DNA of 64,000 nt from an uncultured Myxococcales bacterium (GTDB lineage: Bacteria; Myxococcota_A; Polyangia; Fen-1088): assembly GCA_964540815.1 (NCBI GenBank), contig CAZIOH010000020.1, forward strand, positions 13,245 to 77,244. The letters are read 5' to 3'. Numbering within the stretch: position 1 is the stretch's first letter; every line of letters starts with the position of its first letter. A model generated the notes under the pieces. The model had not been told where the DNA came from. It ran no database searches and saw only the letters and a program-made list of their open reading frames with translations. Position numbers and translations under genes: made by a program. Shown here one piece after another: positions 60,101 through 64,000 of this stretch.

Positions 60101-60156
60101 GCCGCAGCGGACCCGCCCAGCGCAGCGCCTTGTGGCGCTGCGCCCGCCGCTGCGGC
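60101..60156. other. Nested GC-rich inverted repeat (stem-loop) downstream of the Cys-rich lipoprotein gene
   Basis: Outer stem GCCGCAGCGG ... CCGCTGCGGC encloses inner stem CAGCGCAGCGCC-TTGT-GGCGCTGCG. It lies ~100 bp 3' of the 60263 stop in a convergent intergenic region. Confidence 0.4.
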
Positions 60157-60262
60157 ACCCACCGCCAACGATGCCGCGCTCGCGGTCGCGAGCATCGGCA
60201 GCAAGGATCCCGGCCGCGTGTCCATCCGATCGCGAGTGTCAGTGACGCGCCCGCACACCCAA

Positions 60263-63200
60263 CTACTGAATCGCGATGTCGTCGACGTAGACCGTGCCGG
60301 TCCAATCGGCGGTGCCGTTGACAACCGCCCCCACACCCAGCTCGTACATCGAAGTCGACATGTTCAACCCGCTCACTGGCGTCGAGACCTGAAACCACTG
60401 GCCGATGACCGACGAGAAGAGGAAGTTCTGACCGGGGGAGAGCTTGTCGGTGTAGACCGTCTCACCGAAGTTCGAAGCCGGGTCAAGCGGGGGGCCGTCG
60501 ACGAAGAACCATGCGCTGATGCTGGTCAATCCGGTAAGGGATATCTGACCGACGCTGCCGCACAAGAGCTGATCAAGCTCGAAGGACCGCGCCTGACCGG
60601 TGGCGGTCACGGGAATCGCCAATGAATGCGTGCCACCGTGGTGTTGCGCCGTGGAATTCGACGCGCCCCTCGTCGCCATTGAAAAATCGGTGCGCAAGAT
60701 GCCAAACCCGCCCGTGGTTCCATCCTCGAAATCCCAGGTTCGTCGCTGACAGGAGGCCGCCGCGCCGACGCAACTCAGGAGGCCTGGACTGCATCCGCAC
60801 ACGTTCGCGCTCGTACACGTTGACGTTCCGCCGCAGTCGGCACTTGTGCAACACTGGACGCATGCGCCACCCTGGGTGCACTGCTTCAATCCGGTCGGAC
60901 AACCGCAGATTCCGGCTCCTGTGCAGGTGGCGCCGCCAGGGCAGGGCACCGGCGTGGGCACTGCGCACATACCCGCCTTGCAGGTGCCTTTCCCCACGAC
61001 GCTGTTCCCCGAGCAGCTAGCGTCGCCACATGAGCTCCCATTGATGCAGGCACAAGTGTCGTTGGGCTTGCCGTTGCAGTTGGCATCGTTTCCCGCCACG
61101 TCGCAGCTATCGCTGAGAGCTGGGAGGATCTGACCGACGCATGTGAGGCCCCAGGAAGTACTGCTCTTGTTGGCGGCCAGGATGCACGATCGCGTGCCGG
61201 ATTTGCACGGAGCCGTGTTGTTTCCTGGGCACGGTCCGGTAGTCCCTGCGGCGCAGACGCAGGTCGAGTCGAGGTTGTCTGCAATGCCGTTGCAGTCGTT
61301 GTCCTTGGTCGACGAACAATCTCGCGGGAGGGGCGTGCACGTGCATACGCCGGCGCTGCAGGTGGGAGTTGCGCCTGAGCAGGCTGCCCCGGTGGCCAGT
61401 TGGCCGGCGGCGGTGCAGGTCTGGGGAGCGTTGTTGAGGCAGCTCACGGGCCCGGGGGTGCCGACACAAGCAAGGGCGCTCGTGGTGGTGCACGCGTAGT
61501 GGCCACATCCTCCGCACGTTCCCCCGAGGGACGCGCCCGCGGGCCCCGTCACGGCGCCGCATCCACCGCAGGCGTTGGCGCCAGGATCGGAGCAGGTGAC
61601 GGACGTCTTGTTGGCCCCACACACGTTGGTGCCGCACTTCCCGCACGCTGCGTTCAAGGTCCCGGTGATGACGCCGCAGCCACCGCACGCGTTGGCACCC
61701 GGGTCTGAGCACGCGAGCGCGGTCTTGCTCGCTGCGCAGGCGAATTTTCCACAAGTGCCACAAGAGGCGCCAACGGTTCCTGTGAGCGTTCCGCAGCCGC
61801 CGCAGGCATTGAGCCCCGGATCCGAGCAGGTGACAGTGGTCTTGGCAGCCGAGCACGCGTACTGACCGCACGCACCACAGGTCCCGCCGGGTGCACCGAC
61901 CAGCGTTCCGCATCCGCCACATGCGTTCAGCGTAGCCTCGCAGCCGAGGTTGCCGCTGCCCGCGCAGTGTCCGAAGCCAGCGGCGCACGAGCTGGGCGGG
62001 ATCTGGCAAACTCCCGCCACGCACGAGACGGCTGCTCCCGCCTTGACGTGGGGAAGCGCCGCGCAGTTGTTGTTGCAAGCGCCACAGTTGAGCGGGTCAC
62101 TCTGGGTATCGGCGCACTTCGCTCCGCAGAGGGTGGGTGCCGGGGCGACGCAGTTCGAGGCACAGGTGGGCGCTCCCGTGGTGGTGGAACACAGTCCCGT
62201 CGGTGCGACGCACGCCTTTCCGCATTGACCGCAGTTCGTCGTGTTCGTCAGGCTGGTCTCGCAGCCGTCGTCGGGCTTCGCTCCCGGGCAATGGGCGAAG
62301 CCCGAGACGCAGGCGCTCGGCGGCACGAAGCAGGCTCCCGAGCGACATTCGACGCCTGTCGCCCCGGCCTTGACGTTCGGCAGGGTGGTGCAGTTGTGTC
62401 CGCACAGTCCGCAGTTCGACGGGTCGCTCTGGATCTCGACGCACTTGGTTCCACAGAGAGTCGGCGTCGGCGTCGTACAACTCGAGGCGCATGAAGGTGG
62501 ATTCGTGGTCGTCGTGCACAACGCCGTCGGCGCGACGCATGTCTTACCGCACTGACCGCAGCTTCCCGGCCGGCCGAGATCCGCCTCGCATCCATCCTCC
62601 GGATTCGTCGAGCAATGTGCGAAGCCGGTCGCGCACGCGGACGGAGGCACACTGCAGATGCCCGCCTGGCAAGTCACCGTCGCTCCAGGCTTCACATTCG
62701 GCAGACCGGAACAATCGTGCCCGCACGTCCCACAGTTCTTGGCATCGGTCTTGAGGTTGACACACGACGTTCCACACATGTCCGCCGTCGCACCGGTGCA
62801 GTTGGCCGTACACTCTGGAGAGCCAGACGTCGAAGAACAGACGGGGGTCGCAGCCGGGCAAGCCGTCGTGCAATTTCCGCAGGTCTTCGAATCGGTAAGA
62901 CTCGACTCGCATCCATCGTCGGGGCGCGCTGAGCAATGGGCAAATCTGGCAGCGCACGCCGCGGTCGGCACGATGCACACGCCGGCTTGACAGGCTACGC
63001 CAGCGGCCCCGGCCTTGATGTTCGGCAAGCTTGTACAATCGTGGCCACAAGTTCCGCAGTTCTTGGGATCGGATTTGAGGTCGACGCAGCTCGAGGCGCA
63101 CATGTCACTGGTCGGCGCAGTGCAATCGAACGTGCATACGGCCGTGGCGCCCTTCGCCGAGCACAGTGGCGTCGCTGCGGGACAGATCGCACCGCAGGCA

Positions 63201-63694
63201 CCGCAGTTTTGCGAATCGAGGAGGTTCGTCTCGCACCCGTCATCGGCGCGCACCGTGCAGTGTGAAAAACCTTGCGCGCACGCGGTTGTCGGAACGTAAC
63301 AGGTCCCGGCGCGGCACTCGACGCCCGCGGCACCCGGAGCGACATTCACGAGACCGGTGCAGTCGTGTCCGCAGGTTCCGCAGTTCTTGGAATCGCTCGG
63401 GGAACCACACGACGCATCGCCCGACGGGTCGTTGGCGACGCTGCCACCGCCACTTCCGGACGGGATCGACGATGCGTCGACGCTCCCTCCAGCGTCCCTC
63501 GCTCCCGTCGCCCCGCCACTGCCGAGGTGGTCGCCCACCGAGGAATCTGCGCCCGTTCCATTCGTCGCCGCGTCCCCGGTCTTGTCGACTGCTTCACGCT
63601 TGGGCTTCGCTTGGAAGTCCTTGCACGATGCCAGGACCACCGCTGCGGCGACCAGCACCGCGACATTTCCGCCGGTCCACCTTCGATTCGACAT
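60263..63694 (-). CDS. Cys-rich repeat surface lipoprotein: 5 x ~100-aa Myxococcus-type disulfide repeats, 4 x CGGCG mini-repeats, Cys-knot region, C-terminal lectin/CBM-like beta-sandwich
   Basis: ATG at 63694. Lipobox VVLASC. Repeat unit D(S/P)KNCGTCGHDC ... GFAHCS ... DDGCE ... NCG(A/Q/N)CG, five copies. NACGGCG ... GTCG ... ACS...K...CSDPG, four copies. The last ~190 aa (WDFEDGTTGGFG ... TVYVDDIAIQ) have no Cys and resemble a CBM/lectin domain. 1143 aa. Confidence 0.8.
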   Translation of the reverse strand: MSNRRWTGGNVAVLVAAAVVLASCKDFQAKPKREAVDKTGDAATNGTGADSSVGDHLGSGGATGARDAGGSVDASSIPSGSGGGSVANDPSGDASCGSPSDSKNCGTCGHDCTGLVNVAPGAAGVECRAGTCYVPTTACAQGFSHCTVRADDGCETNLLDSQNCGACGAICPAATPLCSAKGATAVCTFDCTAPTSDMCASSCVDLKSDPKNCGTCGHDCTSLPNIKAGAAGVACQAGVCIVPTAACAARFAHCSARPDDGCESSLTDSKTCGNCTTACPAATPVCSSTSGSPECTANCTGATADMCGTSCVNLKTDAKNCGTCGHDCSGLPNVKPGATVTCQAGICSVPPSACATGFAHCSTNPEDGCEADLGRPGSCGQCGKTCVAPTALCTTTTNPPSCASSCTTPTPTLCGTKCVEIQSDPSNCGLCGHNCTTLPNVKAGATGVECRSGACFVPPSACVSGFAHCPGAKPDDGCETSLTNTTNCGQCGKACVAPTGLCSTTTGAPTCASNCVAPAPTLCGAKCADTQSDPLNCGACNNNCAALPHVKAGAAVSCVAGVCQIPPSSCAAGFGHCAGSGNLGCEATLNACGGCGTLVGAPGGTCGACGQYACSAAKTTVTCSDPGLNACGGCGTLTGTVGASCGTCGKFACAASKTALACSDPGANACGGCGVITGTLNAACGKCGTNVCGANKTSVTCSDPGANACGGCGAVTGPAGASLGGTCGGCGHYACTTTSALACVGTPGPVSCLNNAPQTCTAAGQLATGAACSGATPTCSAGVCTCTPLPRDCSSTKDNDCNGIADNLDSTCVCAAGTTGPCPGNNTAPCKSGTRSCILAANKSSTSWGLTCVGQILPALSDSCDVAGNDANCNGKPNDTCACINGSSCGDASCSGNSVVGKGTCKAGMCAVPTPVPCPGGATCTGAGICGCPTGLKQCTQGGACVQCCTSADCGGTSTCTSANVCGCSPGLLSCVGAAASCQRRTWDFEDGTTGGFGILRTDFSMATRGASNSTAQHHGGTHSLAIPVTATGQARSFELDQLLCGSVGQISLTGLTSISAWFFVDGPPLDPASNFGETVYTDKLSPGQNFLFSSVIGQWFQVSTPVSGLNMSTSMYELGVGAVVNGTADWTGTVYVDDIAIQ

Positions 63695-63730
63695 GGCTTC
63701 TCTCCCCGACGTGACGAAGACCCCGATGGC

Positions 63731-64000
63731 TCAGAAACGAATTGCGCAGCCCACACTCGGTCGAGCAGGGTTCATCGAACAGGCAATGCGCCCGTCGGGC
63801 TGGCCGTCCGGCAGCGCGAAGAACAGAACAGCAGACGTGACGGCAAGAGCACCGGCAGCGCCATAGCCAACGAAGGCGAACGTCTTCGCCCTTCGGCCGG
63901 CATTGAAAATAGCAGCACATCCAGGTCCCCCACGGTCGACGAAATCCGTACTGCACGCATCCATCTTTTCGAATGAGTCCACCTTGTTGGACCAACTCAC
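63731..64000 (-). CDS. Partial hypothetical ORF at the window edge
   Basis: Open minus-strand frame from the window end to the stop at 63731, with a hydrophobic segment FVGYGAAGALAVTSAVLFFALP. The N-terminus is outside the window. Weak evidence only. Confidence 0.2.
   Translation of the reverse strand: MSWSNKVDSFEKMDACSTDFVDRGGPGCAAIFNAGRRAKTFAFVGYGAAGALAVTSAVLFFALPDGQPDGRIACSMNPARPSVGCAIRF

Noticed and set aside
59898-60262. Possible tRNA or small RNA in the 365-bp convergent gap
   Set aside because: No T-loop GTTCGAATC-like motif or cloverleaf-compatible pairing was seen. Only a GC hairpin is present.

Overview
This is a 64-kb chromosomal segment with very high GC (about 70%), most likely from a myxobacterium (Myxococcota). 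Supporting signs are Myxococcus-type cysteine-rich disulfide repeats, a pilin gene with a sigma-54-type promoter, and alternative complex III (ACIII) encoded next to a cbb3 oxidase. Coding density is high and many stop/start codons overlap (ATGA, GTGA).

Three blocks stand out.

1. A respiratory island, 22.3-42.1 kb. A single minus-strand operon runs ccoI-ccoS-ccoNO(fused)-ccoQ-ccoP-ccoG and encodes a cbb3 oxidase. Beside it sit hemN and a DsbD_2-like membrane protein. A plus-strand operon then encodes a membrane-anchored diheme cytochrome c and a NarI-like cytochrome b, translationally coupled to actABCDEF. A hexaheme plus two monoheme c-type cytochrome operon lies at the left edge of the window (1-2.4 kb).

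2. Secreted, surface and outer-membrane genes. These are a 1812-aa protein with three LamG domains and a PQQ-like beta-propeller; a pectate-lyase lipoprotein; a beta-propeller/phosphoesterase fusion; two porins; a GH3 beta-glucosidase lipoprotein coupled to an outer-membrane beta-barrel; and a 1143-aa Cys-rich repeat lipoprotein with a C-terminal lectin-like domain.

3. Scattered regulators and enzymes. These include NikR with a His-rich tail, a type IV pilin, a CheB-CheR-PAS-HK-REC hybrid, fpg, an amidase, HAD and isochorismatase hydrolases, and quinone oxidoreductases.

The most unusual items are: (i) the diheme cytochrome c / NarI-like cytochrome b pair fused onto the ACIII operon beside a rearranged cbb3 locus; (ii) a palindromic repeat element of about 170 bp with a second partial copy 19 kb away; (iii) in-frame tandem repeats giving His/Asp/Arg-rich tails on CcoQ and NikR.

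I saw no rRNA, tRNA, CRISPR array, transposase or integrase. The ORF track marks GTG and TTG starts as M, so I checked each start codon in the sequence. Most large ORFs on the track are antisense or out-of-frame artefacts of the high GC content.
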